Shown here piece by piece: positions 47,100 through 57,808 of a stretch of DNA of 64,000 nucleotides. Position numbers and translations under genes: made by a program. Where the stretch lies: contig JBEKOM010000006.1 in the NCBI GenBank assembly GCA_049521795.1, forward strand, positions 1 to 64,000, written 5' to 3'. Every line of letters begins with the position of its first letter. Position 1 is the stretch's first letter. The notes below the pieces were generated by a model, which saw only the letters and a list, made by a program, of their open reading frames with translations, did not search any database and had not been told where the DNA came from. This stretch comes from Candidatus Bathyarchaeia archaeon (lineage in GTDB: Archaea; Thermoproteota; Bathyarchaeia; Bathyarchaeales; Bathycorpusculaceae).

Positions 47100-48569
47100 A
47101 TGATCGTCATGCCTAAAATTGAACTCAGATCCAAGCTCACTCTCTTTGACGTGACGAACCTAGTAGTGGGAGCAATCATAGGCGCAGATATTTATGTAGC
47201 CTCATCGCTTGGAGCGGCTCTTCTAGGCCCATTTTCACTGGTAGTGTGGGTGATTGCAGGGATCTTTGCCATCGTCATTGCTTTGTGCTTCGCTGAGTGC
47301 GCTGCTATGGTCCCAAAAGTCGGAGGACCATACGCGTATGCAAGAGAAGCTTGGGGACCGTTCGCTGGATTCACTGTCGGCTGGTCGCTGTGGCTAGCAG
47401 AATGGATCTCACTCGCAGTTTTTCCAGTGGCCTTCACCCAATACTGCGTGTTCTTCCTTCCGGGCATGGATATTTTTTCTCAGACAGCCGTAAAAGTGTT
47501 GTTCATAATCTTCTTGATAGCCACAAACATCTTTGGTGTCAAAGCTGCGGGAAGAACAAACGACGCTCTGACCTTGGCCAAACTTGCCCCGTTGATCTTC
47601 TTTTCCGCAGTCGGCATTATTTATGTAGTTTCAAACACGGGAACGGCAGCCAGCAACTTCTCGCCGTTTTCTCCCTTCGGCTTGGGAAACTTCGGCCCCG
47701 CCCTCATTCTCATATTCTGGGCATACGCGGGCTTTGAGATTTCAACCATACCGGCAGGAGAGATCGACAACCCTCGCCGAACCATTCCAAAGGCAATACT
47801 GCTAGGGATTTCAATCGTCACCGTATTCTACTTGACGACGAACTTTGTACTTCTGGGCGTAACAAATTGGAGTCAACTGTCAAGGAATGCGCCACTTGCC
47901 ACGGCCACAAGCACTGCGCTCGGGTCAATACCGACGCTGGCGTTGGCGGGTGCGTACATAGTTGGAATTGGAGCTCTGATTTCTATAGCTGGGTCAGACG
48001 AGTCTGGAATGATAGGGACCTCTAGACTCGGCTACGCGTTGGCTGCGGACGGCCTTTTTCCCCGCGCGTTTGCTCGAATTCACCCGAAGTTCAAGACACC
48101 CTATCTGGGCATCATCATACAATCGGTCACTGCGTTGGTGGCAGCGATTGTGGGGGGACTGCAAATGCTCATAGCCACTTCCGTGTTCTTCATGTCAGTT
48201 GCCTACGCAGCAACCAGCGCGTCCGTCTTCTGGCTACATCGGAAGAGCGGAGAATCTCAAGGCCACCTCGGGGGCCGCGTAATTCTCCCAAGCCTCGGAG
48301 TGATCTTCTCCGTCTACCTGATCTCACAGTGCACGCCGACACAGATCGCGATTGGGCTAGCTCTACTCCTCGTAGGAGTTCCCATATACATCAAATACTC
48401 TCCGAAGAAGGAAATAGCAGAACTGAAAGAAACATTGATTTCAAGAGAAGCTATATTGAAAAGAGCCTATGAACAAGAGCACACATTCTTGGCTCATGCC
48501 CTCCGGCACATCAAGAAATACTACAGAAGGGTGACTGGCAAAAAACAAACCTGGGACGAAGCAAAATGA
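47100..48569 (+). CDS. APC-family amino acid permease
   Basis: GAIIGADI, GGPYAY, WAYAGFE and ~12 TM helices. Confidence 0.93.
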   Translation: MIVMPKIELRSKLTLFDVTNLVVGAIIGADIYVASSLGAALLGPFSLVVWVIAGIFAIVIALCFAECAAMVPKVGGPYAYAREAWGPFAGFTVGWSLWLAEWISLAVFPVAFTQYCVFFLPGMDIFSQTAVKVLFIIFLIATNIFGVKAAGRTNDALTLAKLAPLIFFSAVGIIYVVSNTGTAASNFSPFSPFGLGNFGPALILIFWAYAGFEISTIPAGEIDNPRRTIPKAILLGISIVTVFYLTTNFVLLGVTNWSQLSRNAPLATATSTALGSIPTLALAGAYIVGIGALISIAGSDESGMIGTSRLGYALAADGLFPRAFARIHPKFKTPYLGIIIQSVTALVAAIVGGLQMLIATSVFFMSVAYAATSASVFWLHRKSGESQGHLGGRVILPSLGVIFSVYLISQCTPTQIAIGLALLLVGVPIYIKYSPKKEIAELKETLISREAILKRAYEQEHTFLAHALRHIKKYYRRVTGKKQTWDEAK

Positions 48570-48754
48570 GCCAATCTTGTTGTGGGGTCCAGTGCATCTG
48601 AAAAGTGTTATCTCGCAGGCACAAGATGAAGCAAAGAGCCTAAACTTGACGGAGAAAAAGCGCTTGTGAAAGCGCGTGCATCTCAGGTCGTCTGCTCTTT
48701 AGACTTCTTAAAATATACGGAGATTCATATGGTCTAGTACAGGACAGGACGGCC

Positions 48755-49657
48755 ATGTCCATGAAGGAACTTGACCTTCTTCTGACTTACAAGTGCAACA
48801 TGGAGTGTGATCACTGCTTCGTCTTTGGGAGTCCAGACGCAAAAGGAGTGATGAAGATTTCCGATGTGCGAGAAATATTAAGCGAAGCAGAAAAGGTCAG
48901 AACTATCGAGTGGATCTGTTTTGAAGGCGGTGAACCGGTTCTCTACTACCCCATACTCCTGTGGGGACTGCGCGAAGCAAAGAAGTTAGGGTTCAAGACA
49001 GCGTTCATCACGAACGCTTATTGGGCCACCTCGGTTGAAGATGCAAAAGAATGGCTGAAACCCATCTCAGAAATAGGCGTATCCGATGCGGTGATCAGCG
49101 AAGATGAATTCCACTATGGCAAAGAAGAAGAGAATCTCGCAAAATACGCTCTTCAAGCGGCCAAGGACCTTGGGTTACCCGTGAGCAGCATCAGCATAGA
49201 GCAACCCAAGAAAGACCTGACTGGAAGAAACTGGAAAGGAGAGCCCGTGAGAGAAGGCGCTGTCCTCTTCAAAGGAAGACCTGCCGAAAAACTGACTGAA
49301 GGTTTGCCTAGAAGACCATGGCAAGAACTTGACAAGTGCCTAGACGAAGACTTCTCGAACCAAAAGCGGGTACACATCGACCCGTTCGGGTACGTCCACG
49401 TGTGCCAAGGCATAACCATAGGCAACATGAAAAAGACAGCACTGCACCTGTTATTCGAACAGTTTGACCCGTACAAACACCCAGTTTGCGGACCGATTCT
49501 GAAGGGCGGCCCAGCTGAACTGGTCAGAAGATATCATGTTGATCATGAAGAAGGCTATGTGGACGAGTGCCACCTCTGCTATTCTGCCCGCGTGAAGCTG
49601 AGAAAGATGTTTCCAGAGATTCTCGCACCGGATCAAATGTATGGGCTCCACACTTGA
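48755..49657 (+). CDS. Radical SAM protein with a SPASM-like C-terminus
   Basis: CNMECDHC, EGGEP and HIDPFGYVHVC motifs. Confidence 0.88.
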   Translation: MSMKELDLLLTYKCNMECDHCFVFGSPDAKGVMKISDVREILSEAEKVRTIEWICFEGGEPVLYYPILLWGLREAKKLGFKTAFITNAYWATSVEDAKEWLKPISEIGVSDAVISEDEFHYGKEEENLAKYALQAAKDLGLPVSSISIEQPKKDLTGRNWKGEPVREGAVLFKGRPAEKLTEGLPRRPWQELDKCLDEDFSNQKRVHIDPFGYVHVCQGITIGNMKKTALHLLFEQFDPYKHPVCGPILKGGPAELVRRYHVDHEEGYVDECHLCYSARVKLRKMFPEILAPDQMYGLHT

Positions 49658-49918
49658 AACAAGGATCTAGGGTGTTTTGATTCACCCTGAATCTTAGGGG
49701 AAACACTGCATTCAATGAACATGATGTGCTCGTTGAAAATGTTTGGGTATGCCAAGAAGAACAGTCCCAATCAACATTGAGGAAAATGAAGTCAACGCTT
49801 GGGGCTGGGACCGCGTAATCGAAATGAGAAAATAATAGTCAGACATCAATTTTGATCCTTCCCATTACGGAATGAAGATCTGAATATAGAACGACGAATG
49901 TTTACAAAAGAGCGTAGC

Positions 49919-50560
49919 TTAATGGCCCTGCACGTTTTCGAGAGGGCAAGCTGAATCTTCCACAACGTGGAAAGCCCCTTTTCTTCCAACTCTCAGTTGC
50001 TTTTCGCCTCTGAACGTGGATATGCTTCCGTTTTCAATTTGAACAGTGTCTCCTGTAGACAGAGAGCTTATCTGTTCGTTCCACAAGCACAGCTTGATCC
50101 TTCCAGTTTCGTCTGATATCAAGGCGTTAGCCACGCTGGCGTAGTTGCCGAACCTTGTAAATACGAGGTTAGGCTTCGCAATTTCTAGGACCTTAGCCTT
50201 CAAGTTTACCTTCTTCATACCGGCCTTCAAATCTCTGATTTGAAACGATTGGGGTCCATTGTTCTTGTTGATCAGACGCCTTCGGAACATGCTGGTATCG
50301 CTGAGGTCTTTGATTGACTTGTTTTGTTCGAAGAGAAACTCTTTAGAAACAGGAAATTGAGCGACGACCTTTGCACCGTTCGTTATCAGCAGAACCACCT
50401 TGTTCCGGTGTGTTCCACGGCTTTCGATCGAGAGGGTGCCACACGTGGATTCGCCGCTTTCTGCCGCTGATGTCAAAGCTTCGAAAAATCTGCTGGGACC
50501 GACGTCATACTTTGCTGAAAGAAATGCCAAGTATTCGCCGGCTGACACTTTGTTCCGCAT
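49919..50560 (-). CDS. OB-fold single-stranded DNA-binding (SSB/RPA-like) protein with N-terminal extension
   Basis: IRDLKAGMKKVNLKAKV..ISDETGRIKLCLWNE OB motif; frame open from 50632. Confidence 0.82.
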   Translation of the reverse strand: MRNKVSAGEYLAFLSAKYDVGPSRFFEALTSAAESGESTCGTLSIESRGTHRNKVVLLITNGAKVVAQFPVSKEFLFEQNKSIKDLSDTSMFRRRLINKNNGPQSFQIRDLKAGMKKVNLKAKVLEIAKPNLVFTRFGNYASVANALISDETGRIKLCLWNEQISSLSTGDTVQIENGSISTFRGEKQLRVGRKGAFHVVEDSACPLENVQGH

Positions 50561-50929
50561 TGAGTTTTCTCCACAGTAAGCGTCGTCTCTCAGGTTGAGA
50601 GAATGGCGCTTCTCGCCTTCTCCCGATGGCATCCCCTGTCAACGATAGAAGGACACTGCAAGATAACTGCACGCTCCCTTATAAGGACAATCCAAGACTG
50701 ATGACAAAAAGGCGAAACGCGCTCAAAAGACCTGGTGACCGCATCTTTCCTTCAGAATCGCCTGGAATTTCAAGGGATATTGTGTTGGGAGCAATGCGAG
50801 AATCGGCAATTTGTGGTCGGCAGGACAGATGTTTGAGCTACTTGTTTCGCGATCAGAGCAACTATTGGAAAAGGCATAATTGCATCGTTGCTGAGTGTAT
50901 GACAAGAAGTCGATGCGGTAAGTGCCTGA

Positions 50930-51508
50930 TTGGCAAGCCAAAATAGTGTAACTATTCCAATTCACAAGCCCAGAGTCCAGGAGAAACTGTTCTTTCTGAT
51001 TTCAGGTATGATAGTGAGCATTCCTTTGACGTTGTTTGTCACCACGTTCACAGACTACCTGCTGTCCATCGGTACGTCAACAGTCTACGCTGGCGTTCTG
51101 TCGACCGTGCTTTTTGCACCATTAGTCGAAGAATTCTCTAAGGCGTATCCACTTTTTTATCGTCACGCCGAGACGGAACGATCCATCTTCACACTCGGGT
51201 TTCTAGTTGGTTTAGGATTCGGCATCGTAGAATTGATAGAGTACGTAGTGATTGTTGGCCAACCATTGCTGCTTAGGTTACCGTTAGTGTTCTTCCATGC
51301 ATCGGCCACTTCAATTACTGCTTTCGGAATTGCGAAAAAGCGAATTCTCCCCTTCTATCTAGTCGCTGTGGGTTTGCACTTGTTTAACAACCTGTTTGCG
51401 GTACTGGGACCCGTTTGGGATGTAGGAGGCCCCGCCTTCATAGGAGCAGCCTACTTTCTATCTTGGTTTCTCTACGGAAAAACTCAGGAATACATGATCC
51501 CTTTCTAG
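50930..51508 (+). CDS. PrsW-family intramembrane metalloprotease
   Basis: APLVEEFSK, GLGFGIVE, FHA and HLFNN motifs. Confidence 0.85.
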   Translation: MASQNSVTIPIHKPRVQEKLFFLISGMIVSIPLTLFVTTFTDYLLSIGTSTVYAGVLSTVLFAPLVEEFSKAYPLFYRHAETERSIFTLGFLVGLGFGIVELIEYVVIVGQPLLLRLPLVFFHASATSITAFGIAKKRILPFYLVAVGLHLFNNLFAVLGPVWDVGGPAFIGAAYFLSWFLYGKTQEYMIPF

Positions 51509-51705
51509 TCAAAGATCAATTGAAAAGACATTGAGCGAGAACGGATTAGCAGGCCCAACCAAACGCGAAACACTCTCGTCCATGAACACAGATCGATGCA
51601 CCCAGAATGTTGTTTGCTCCCTCAAGGTCGAACAAGTCGCCTGCTGCTGTGCTGCTTTCGAGCTACCTTAACATCCAAGTCGATGACTCATGCAGATTGT
51701 AGGAT

Positions 51706-51849
51706 CTACTTCACGAACTTCATCGGGTGTCTCTTGAACCTCTTCTTGCAGCTCACGCTGCAAAAGTGATAGGTTTCACCGTCAAACGTGATCTTAAACT
51801 TGGATGTTTTGTCGTCCAGAACCGTGCCGCAAACTGGATCCTTAGGCAT
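51706..51849 (-). CDS. YHS-domain small protein (not in the ORF track)
   Basis: MPKDPVCGTVLDDKTSKFKITFDGETYHFCSVSCKKRFKRHPMKFVK* (DPVCG, YHFCS..C..F). Confidence 0.88.
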   Translation of the reverse strand: MPKDPVCGTVLDDKTSKFKITFDGETYHFCSVSCKKRFKRHPMKFVK

Positions 51850-51979
51850 TACCCTGATCTTAACCTCAGTGGAAAGTACACCTTCGGCTTATTATCATTA
51901 GTGGTGAGAAAAGCTGTAAACAAAAAAAGTGATAGGGAAAAAAAGGTGTAAAACGAAGATGATATGTTAGCTAATGAGC

Positions 51980-52117
51980 TTAATATCTTCGTGGCGGTCT
52001 TCGTTTAGAATAACACTCTTGGCAGTATACTGGTCTGCTTCCGTCTGGTTTGAAGGGAACTTCGCATTCCTTTCCGCAATCAGCACAAACTGCCTTATGC
52101 ATCTCTTTTCTATACAT
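51980..52117 (-). CDS. CxxC-x17-CxxC zinc-finger small protein (not in the ORF track)
   Basis: MYRKEMHKAVCADCGKECEVPFKPDGSRPVYCQECYSKRRPPRRY*. Confidence 0.9.
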   Translation of the reverse strand: MYRKEMHKAVCADCGKECEVPFKPDGSRPVYCQECYSKRRPPRRY

Positions 52118-52257
52118 CTGCTCTTTCAACTCCTTCTGCTGTTTAGCGCAAAAAATTCTTTTTGCACAAATTCTTGATGTGTGTACGCCTTTTTAACCTT
52201 ATCCATTTGTCAGGGTCATTTTCACGGTTGTTTCATGAACTGATAGTGTTAGATGTC

Positions 52258-53424
52258 TTATACGAATTCTTGAATTGGAGAATCAGCTGAAGAGTCAGCT
52301 AGTTTTTCTATTGTGGTTTTGGTCAGGGCCTTTATGTTGTTGAAGTCTGACATCTCTCCATAGCTTACAAGCGTTATGGCTGTTCCTTCGCCTCCCACCC
52401 TGGCTGTTCTGCCGATTCTGTGGAAGTAGACCAATGCGTCCAACGGTACATCGTAGTTTATTATGTGAGTTATTCCCTGAATGTCTAGGCCTCTCGCTGC
52501 AACGTCGGTAGCGATGAGCAGTTTCAGTTTTCTATTCCTGAACAGGTTGATGACAAAGTCCCTTTGGGATTGGGTGAAGCCTGCGTGTAACGGTTTTGCA
52601 TCAAATCCTCTGTTTCGCAACGTTTCTGCCAGCATGCTCGTCTCTGTCCGGGTTCTGCAGAATATTATGGCTCGGCCTATGTGGTTCTCGTCCAAGATTT
52701 TGCATAGAGTCTTGAGCTTGTCATGAGAGTTCACGATCGTGTAATACTGGTTCATCTGTGTGAGGGCTATCTCGTCTTTGCTTACGAGTATTTTTTGCGG
52801 GTTCTTCATGTATCTGTTGCACACGTTCATGACCGTTTGGTCTATCGTCGCTGAGAAAAGGCTCGTCTGCCTGTTTGACGGTACTCTCGAAAGTATGAAT
52901 TCAATATCCTCTATGAACCCCATGTCGAGCATTCTGTCGGCCTCGTCTAGAACGACGATCTTCACTGATGCCAGATTTAGGATGTGTCTCTCAAGCAAGT
53001 CGATTATGCGGCCTGGCGTGCCGACGACTATTTGGACGCCGCTTCGCAATGCACGCATCTGCTTCTCAATCGACTCTCCACCGTAGACCGGCAACACTCT
53101 CAACCTTGCGTATTTTGCAAGTTGGTCGATGTGCTGTGCAACCTGAACGGCAAGTTCCCGGGTTGGCACTAGAACTAGACCTTGAACATTGTTGATTCCT
53201 GAGTTGACTCGTTCAATCATCGGAATTCCGAAAGCCGCGGTCTTACCGGTTCCGGTTTGTGCTTGTCCGATGACATCCCTGCCTTCAAGAAGCGGGGTTA
53301 TGGCTTGAGCCTGTATCGGAAAAAGGTTACTGAACCCAAGCTCTTCTATGCTTTTCAAGACCTGCGAACTTATTGGCAGGTCCTTAAAGTACTCCATTTG
53401 CATATGTTTCATTTCTCCTGCCAC
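52258..53424 (-). CDS. DEAD-box RNA helicase
   Basis: Q motif, AQTGTGKT, PTRELA, TPGR, DEAD, SAT, ARGLD and HRIGRTAR motifs. Confidence 0.96.
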   Translation of the reverse strand: MAGEMKHMQMEYFKDLPISSQVLKSIEELGFSNLFPIQAQAITPLLEGRDVIGQAQTGTGKTAAFGIPMIERVNSGINNVQGLVLVPTRELAVQVAQHIDQLAKYARLRVLPVYGGESIEKQMRALRSGVQIVVGTPGRIIDLLERHILNLASVKIVVLDEADRMLDMGFIEDIEFILSRVPSNRQTSLFSATIDQTVMNVCNRYMKNPQKILVSKDEIALTQMNQYYTIVNSHDKLKTLCKILDENHIGRAIIFCRTRTETSMLAETLRNRGFDAKPLHAGFTQSQRDFVINLFRNRKLKLLIATDVAARGLDIQGITHIINYDVPLDALVYFHRIGRTARVGGEGTAITLVSYGEMSDFNNIKALTKTTIEKLADSSADSPIQEFV

Positions 53425-53805
53425 AAAACTTTACATGCATTTCCAAAAGCTTTCAGAAGCTTCGTTAATTACATGAATTAATGTGACAAGCTCAGTAGAC
53501 ACTGATTCTCATATAAAAAGGTTTAGCATCCATAGGAAAGAAAAGAACCAGACAAGACTCATGAACAATGAAGAAAACCTCAACAAGCCAGTCAAAACCC
53601 GATTTCAAGTACATTGCCAGAAGAATGTATTGTACTTTGGTCCGAGTTCAGTGTTTGAACCTATCAAAACTTAACTTCGTTGTTGCCTTTTCTTACTCTG
53701 GCCAACCCTTTGAGTTTCACCGATAAACTTTCCAGCTCTTGCAAACTAGATTTAAGAAGTGTATGGATGCACTTGTCGAGTCCCACTTCAAATCGCGCAA
53801 ACTAG

Positions 53806-54471
53806 TTACAATGCGTCTTCGTAGACCGAGTCAGGCATGGGTTTCCGCCATGCATCCGGATTCTCGTACCTAAAAATGGGCGCCGTGTCCACTTTCTTCG
53901 CCTGCTGCCCAGCAACAAACTTTTTCATCTTCGCCAAGAGCTCTTGGTGAGTCTCCTCATCCTTTATGATCGTCTCGAAAACATCCTTCAAATCTTCTAA
54001 ATCCACGTTATACCTTTCTCGGATCAACCCGGTCATTTGCTGGAGGGTCTTCATCCGAACAAGTGTATAATACTCCTCACCCATGGCACTCTCTAACAGC
54101 GAAAGCTTCTTCGTTAAGGAAGGCAGACTATCCACCAGCGTCTTCTTTTCATTGGCAATTTCATATGAAACGTCATCAATCACCTTCCAAGATTTGCTTA
54201 GCCTCTTCTCACAATCCTTTGCCTTCAGCCTCGACCCTCCGAGGCTCTGACTTATGCCGTTAAGAATCGCCGAGTGCTTCTGAGAATCATAAGCTATGTG
54301 AAGCAAAAGAGACTTGATAAACGGAAGATCCACTCTATCAGCCAGATTCTTGTAAAGCAGATAAGTCCTCTTCTCGAAAACACTGTCACACCACAGAGAA
54401 TCCGTAATGTTATCCCTCTTATCCTTCTTCAAGCTACCCACCTGTGAATAATAGCAAGAGGGCAAGCTCAT
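53806..54471 (-). CDS. Ferritin-like diiron four-helix protein
   Basis: DSQKH and DEETH repeated E/DxxH motifs; start uncertain. Confidence 0.7.
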   Translation of the reverse strand: MSLPSCYYSQVGSLKKDKRDNITDSLWCDSVFEKRTYLLYKNLADRVDLPFIKSLLLHIAYDSQKHSAILNGISQSLGGSRLKAKDCEKRLSKSWKVIDDVSYEIANEKKTLVDSLPSLTKKLSLLESAMGEEYYTLVRMKTLQQMTGLIRERYNVDLEDLKDVFETIIKDEETHQELLAKMKKFVAGQQAKKVDTAPIFRYENPDAWRKPMPDSVYEDAL

Positions 54472-54693
54472 AAACGGTTTATGAATCCACGATCCACGTT
54501 TATTCGCTCAATGAGGGAACCTCCAAACGATTCCGCTAGAGTGGAAAAAGTGCGAGCAAGGTCGCCTTCAACTGGGATCCGGGCAAGGATGAACATATGA
54601 TGCCCTTCGATCGGTCGAAACTAGACCAAATCGTTAACGACATTTGCGAACTCCCACAGACTTGAAGAAATGCTAGACGACTAGTAGCAAGCT

Positions 54694-55233
54694 TCAGCCG
54701 AGGTGCTTTCCGAATTCGTCATAACTTACAATCTGGTCTAGTTTCTTTCTCTCGTGAAGCAAATGCACAAGCTTCCGTGTCTGATCAAGTTGTTCCCGTG
54801 GATATCCCAATGCCAAGAGCGCGACAACCATGTAGTCTTCAGGGATTTTCAGCAATTTTTTCACCTTGTCTTGTTCGAAGCTTCCAACCCAACAAGTGCC
54901 GAAGCGTTCGCTTGTTGCTGCCAGCACAATGTGTTCCAGCGCTATCGTAACGTCAACCATGTACCATCTTGGCGAGACTTTCTGGTCACCGCAGCCGACG
55001 ACGACAACGGGAGATTCAGCAAGAAAACCCGCATATCTGCCTTCTGAGAGCTTATTGCGCTTATCTTTGTCTGTTACGAAAATAAATTGCCAAGGCTGAA
55101 TGTTGCTGGCCGAAGGCGCAAGCTGGGCGGCTTCTGCGATCTTGAGTAATAGTTCATTCGGAACCGGCTTTGGGCTATATGCGCGAACAGACTTTCTGTT
55201 CTTGATGGCTTCGAAAACGTCCATAACTACCAA
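54694..55233 (-). CDS. Nitroreductase family protein
   Basis: RKSVRAY, APSASNIQPW, GTCWVG and LGYP motifs. Confidence 0.92.
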   Translation of the reverse strand: MVVMDVFEAIKNRKSVRAYSPKPVPNELLLKIAEAAQLAPSASNIQPWQFIFVTDKDKRNKLSEGRYAGFLAESPVVVVGCGDQKVSPRWYMVDVTIALEHIVLAATSERFGTCWVGSFEQDKVKKLLKIPEDYMVVALLALGYPREQLDQTRKLVHLLHERKKLDQIVSYDEFGKHLG

Positions 55234-55400
55234 ACCCTTTGGGTGGACTGCCTCGAGCTAAGATATATTGCTTGCCATAATGATTCGCCTCGAAACCTCC
55301 AATCCCACTTTTTCTATCCAAATCAGCAAGAAATTTCTCTGATGGCTCGCGAGCTCGGAAAGCGGCTTGAACCCTGCTGACGTGCGCGCGCACATTCAGA

Positions 55401-55529
55401 ATGAACTCTGACGACAAGTTCTACGTGAGAGTGACGGAAACCCCAGAAGAGATTAAAATGTTATTAGAAACGGGGTTTGAATACGTATGCCAGAAAGACT
55501 ACAAGGTGTTCCTGAGAAAACGGAAATAA
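55401..55529 (+). pseudogene. C-terminal remnant of an archaeal tyrosine integrase
   Basis: MNSDDKFYVRVTETPEEIKMLLETGFEYVCQKDYKVFLRKRK* resembles the GFEYV..RKRK tail of bathyarchaeal integrases (recalled, not searched). It parallels EDFDVFTASTDEEIKKM..YYRRPK of the 26.4 kb integrase. Confidence 0.72.
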
Positions 55530-55563
55530 GCATCAAGAACCTATCAAGTCAGCCAGAAACAGG

Positions 55564-55652
55564 GCGGGGTTGCCCTAGCCTGGTAGGGGGCAGGCCTGCT
55601 AAGTCTGTGGCTGGAAACGGCCGCGTGGGTTCAAATCCCACACCCCGCGCCA
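55564..55652 (+). tRNA. tRNA-Ser(GCT), long variable arm, CCA encoded
   Basis: GCGGGGT/ACCCCGC acceptor, CAGGC-CTGCTAA-GTCTG anticodon arm, GTGGCTG-GAAA-CGGCCGC variable arm, GGTTCAAATCC, G73. Confidence 0.95.
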
Positions 55653-55823
55653 ATAGACCACTAGACGAAGCTTTGCGTTTTGAAGAGATATTTGAATTAT
55701 CTTGAAGAATTGACGAGATTTCTGCTTTTAGCCCATTCTGAGAACTCATTCATTCTCATCCTCGATTTAAACCAGTCCTTCTCGTAAAAGCGCGCGCGCA
55801 AACCCTACAGTGGAGGCAGATTC

Positions 55824-56114
55824 ATGCGAGACAGCGTGAGTATTGCGAACATTTGGTTAGCAGAGATCAAAGGAGATGATGTCTCAAAGTTGAGACATCT
55901 CTATCAGAGTGCCGTTGACTTCTTACCAGTTTTAGGTCGAATTATCAGAATGACACAAGAGAAGAATGAGATCAGAGCTAGTGAGGTTATTCACAGAGGT
56001 ACAGAGCTTACTCTGCAAGTGGCTGGAAAACACACAAGCATCCTGAAGTATTTTGGAGTAGAGATTGATGAAAGACAAGGTGGAATAACCTTCAAAACAG
56101 AGTCTAGAGCCTAG
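55824..56114 (+). CDS. Hypothetical protein
   Basis: 96 aa, GGAGG RBS, bracketed by (GC)n runs at 55790 and 56228. Confidence 0.6.
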   Translation: MRDSVSIANIWLAEIKGDDVSKLRHLYQSAVDFLPVLGRIIRMTQEKNEIRASEVIHRGTELTLQVAGKHTSILKYFGVEIDERQGGITFKTESRA

Positions 56115-56362
56115 TGCTCAATTCATTTTTCTTTGGAAAATTCCTTATGTAAAAAATAAATAAGAAAAAGACCAAAGAAAAATCCGTGGGTACATCATAA
56201 CAGAAACTAGAATTTTCTTCCTAAGGTCGCGCGCGCTGGACACCATCCCTATCTAGACGCTGCTAGTAGTTTTAATTTTCACGTGCTTTCTCGGGTTCAG
56301 TTGATCGCCTGCCACGCAATCTGCGTTAAAAGCAAAAGTAGCGCGCGCCGAAGAAGCTTGAA

Positions 56363-57808
56363 CTATTCGATTTTCATGTAGGCAAGGAGCAACTTCGTCA
56401 GATCCACTACATCAAGAATGCAATGCATTTTCTTGGCCCGATCACATTGATTTGTGAATTTCTCTCGTGGTTCGTCCAAAAGAATTCCCGTGTAAACGAG
56501 AAAAACCACTTGCACTGGCAAATCTACCGCTTTGACAAGATTTGAAGCAATATCCTTCAGGGTGATCTTCGGATAGCCCTTTCCCTTGATAATGATAGCG
56601 GCATCTCTCAGATCATTTTCATTGTTGACATACAATTTGTGCAGGTACAGGTCCGCTTTTTCCGCAGGACTATGAGAAGTGATATTTTGATCATGCAATA
56701 TTTGTCTCAATCTCTTCCCTATCTCGTTCTCTGACATTTGTTTTGTGCTCTGCAATTGATCATGTGTGACATCTGAGATTTCACGCGTTTTTCTAAATGA
56801 ATACACATCATAAACGGTTATTTTTCCGACCCTTCCAGTTGGAGTAATAAAGACTTCATTCTCAAGGTCGAATATCTTTTGCACTTCGGTGGAATTGATT
56901 TCCTCAAATGGCATCAACAGATGTTCATTTCCGGACTTGTCGAGAAATCGTGCAAAGTAGAGATTGTCATTGTAAAACTTGTCAAACTCAAATTTGAAAT
57001 GGTTCAGATCAAAGAAAATAGGCACTGCGGCCTTAACCAGCACATCATAAACCATGGTATAGTTGACCACAAGCTGGTTCCCGTTGTCAATGCCTCTACA
57101 GATCTTCTTCAAATGCGCTATGAACAAGTCTAGTCTCTTGTCTAGCAGAGAAGAGACTATCCTGCCTTTGAATTTGTGTTCTGACCGTCTTGAGTTCTCG
57201 TACAAAACGAGCATGCCAGAGGCTGTATCTTTTGATTTCTCAAGTCTTCCATTGATATACAGTAGTTCGCAGGCAACTGTAGCCTTCTCAATAGTGGATA
57301 CGTTGACATTGGATGCCACGGTTTCATGTAGATCCAAGGCCAAACTGCCCTCAATCGGAATGAAGTCGAAGGTGAGCGGATCCTCGATGTGGACCAGCTT
57401 CAGCAGGTCAGCTGCCATCGCGATTTTCTCCGGCGTGATAACACATATTTTCTTGAACGCGTAGCAAAGAACTAACACGTTGCCTAATACTGATTCCTTG
57501 CCGATTTCGACTGTTTCTTTGAAGGACCATGACTTCAGTTCTGAATACGCAAAGTCAACTATTTCCTTTCTGAATTCGGCTGTGGAGAAGACGAATACTG
57601 AGCTTATCCTGTTTAAGAGACTTCTAATTACCTCAAGATTCTTCTCCCTGATTGCACGACTAATCAATTTCCTGCAAAATTCAAGATCTCTGAAATCATT
57701 TTCATTAGCCATTGACAGAAGAATATCCAAAGATAATCCGAAATCACTGAACTCCAGGACCAAAGTCCTCCAATCCCAATTGCTTTGCGCCAGTCCTTTG
57801 AGACGCAA
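56363..57808 (-). CDS. Protein with a C-terminal PD-(D/E)xK-like nuclease domain
   Basis: HSPAEKADL...AAIIIKG motif after a helical N-terminus; start may be 57712. Confidence 0.55.
   Translation of the reverse strand: MRLKGLAQSNWDWRTLVLEFSDFGLSLDILLSMANENDFRDLEFCRKLISRAIREKNLEVIRSLLNRISSVFVFSTAEFRKEIVDFAYSELKSWSFKETVEIGKESVLGNVLVLCYAFKKICVITPEKIAMAADLLKLVHIEDPLTFDFIPIEGSLALDLHETVASNVNVSTIEKATVACELLYINGRLEKSKDTASGMLVLYENSRRSEHKFKGRIVSSLLDKRLDLFIAHLKKICRGIDNGNQLVVNYTMVYDVLVKAAVPIFFDLNHFKFEFDKFYNDNLYFARFLDKSGNEHLLMPFEEINSTEVQKIFDLENEVFITPTGRVGKITVYDVYSFRKTREISDVTHDQLQSTKQMSENEIGKRLRQILHDQNITSHSPAEKADLYLHKLYVNNENDLRDAAIIIKGKGYPKITLKDIASNLVKAVDLPVQVVFLVYTGILLDEPREKFTNQCDRAKKMHCILDVVDLTKLLLAYMKIE

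Noticed and set aside
54617-54745. 12-bp inverted repeat GAAACTAGACCA / TGGTCTAGTTTC (MITE-like?)
   Set aside because: One arm is within the nitroreductase coding end, there is no target duplication or second copy, and chance is plausible
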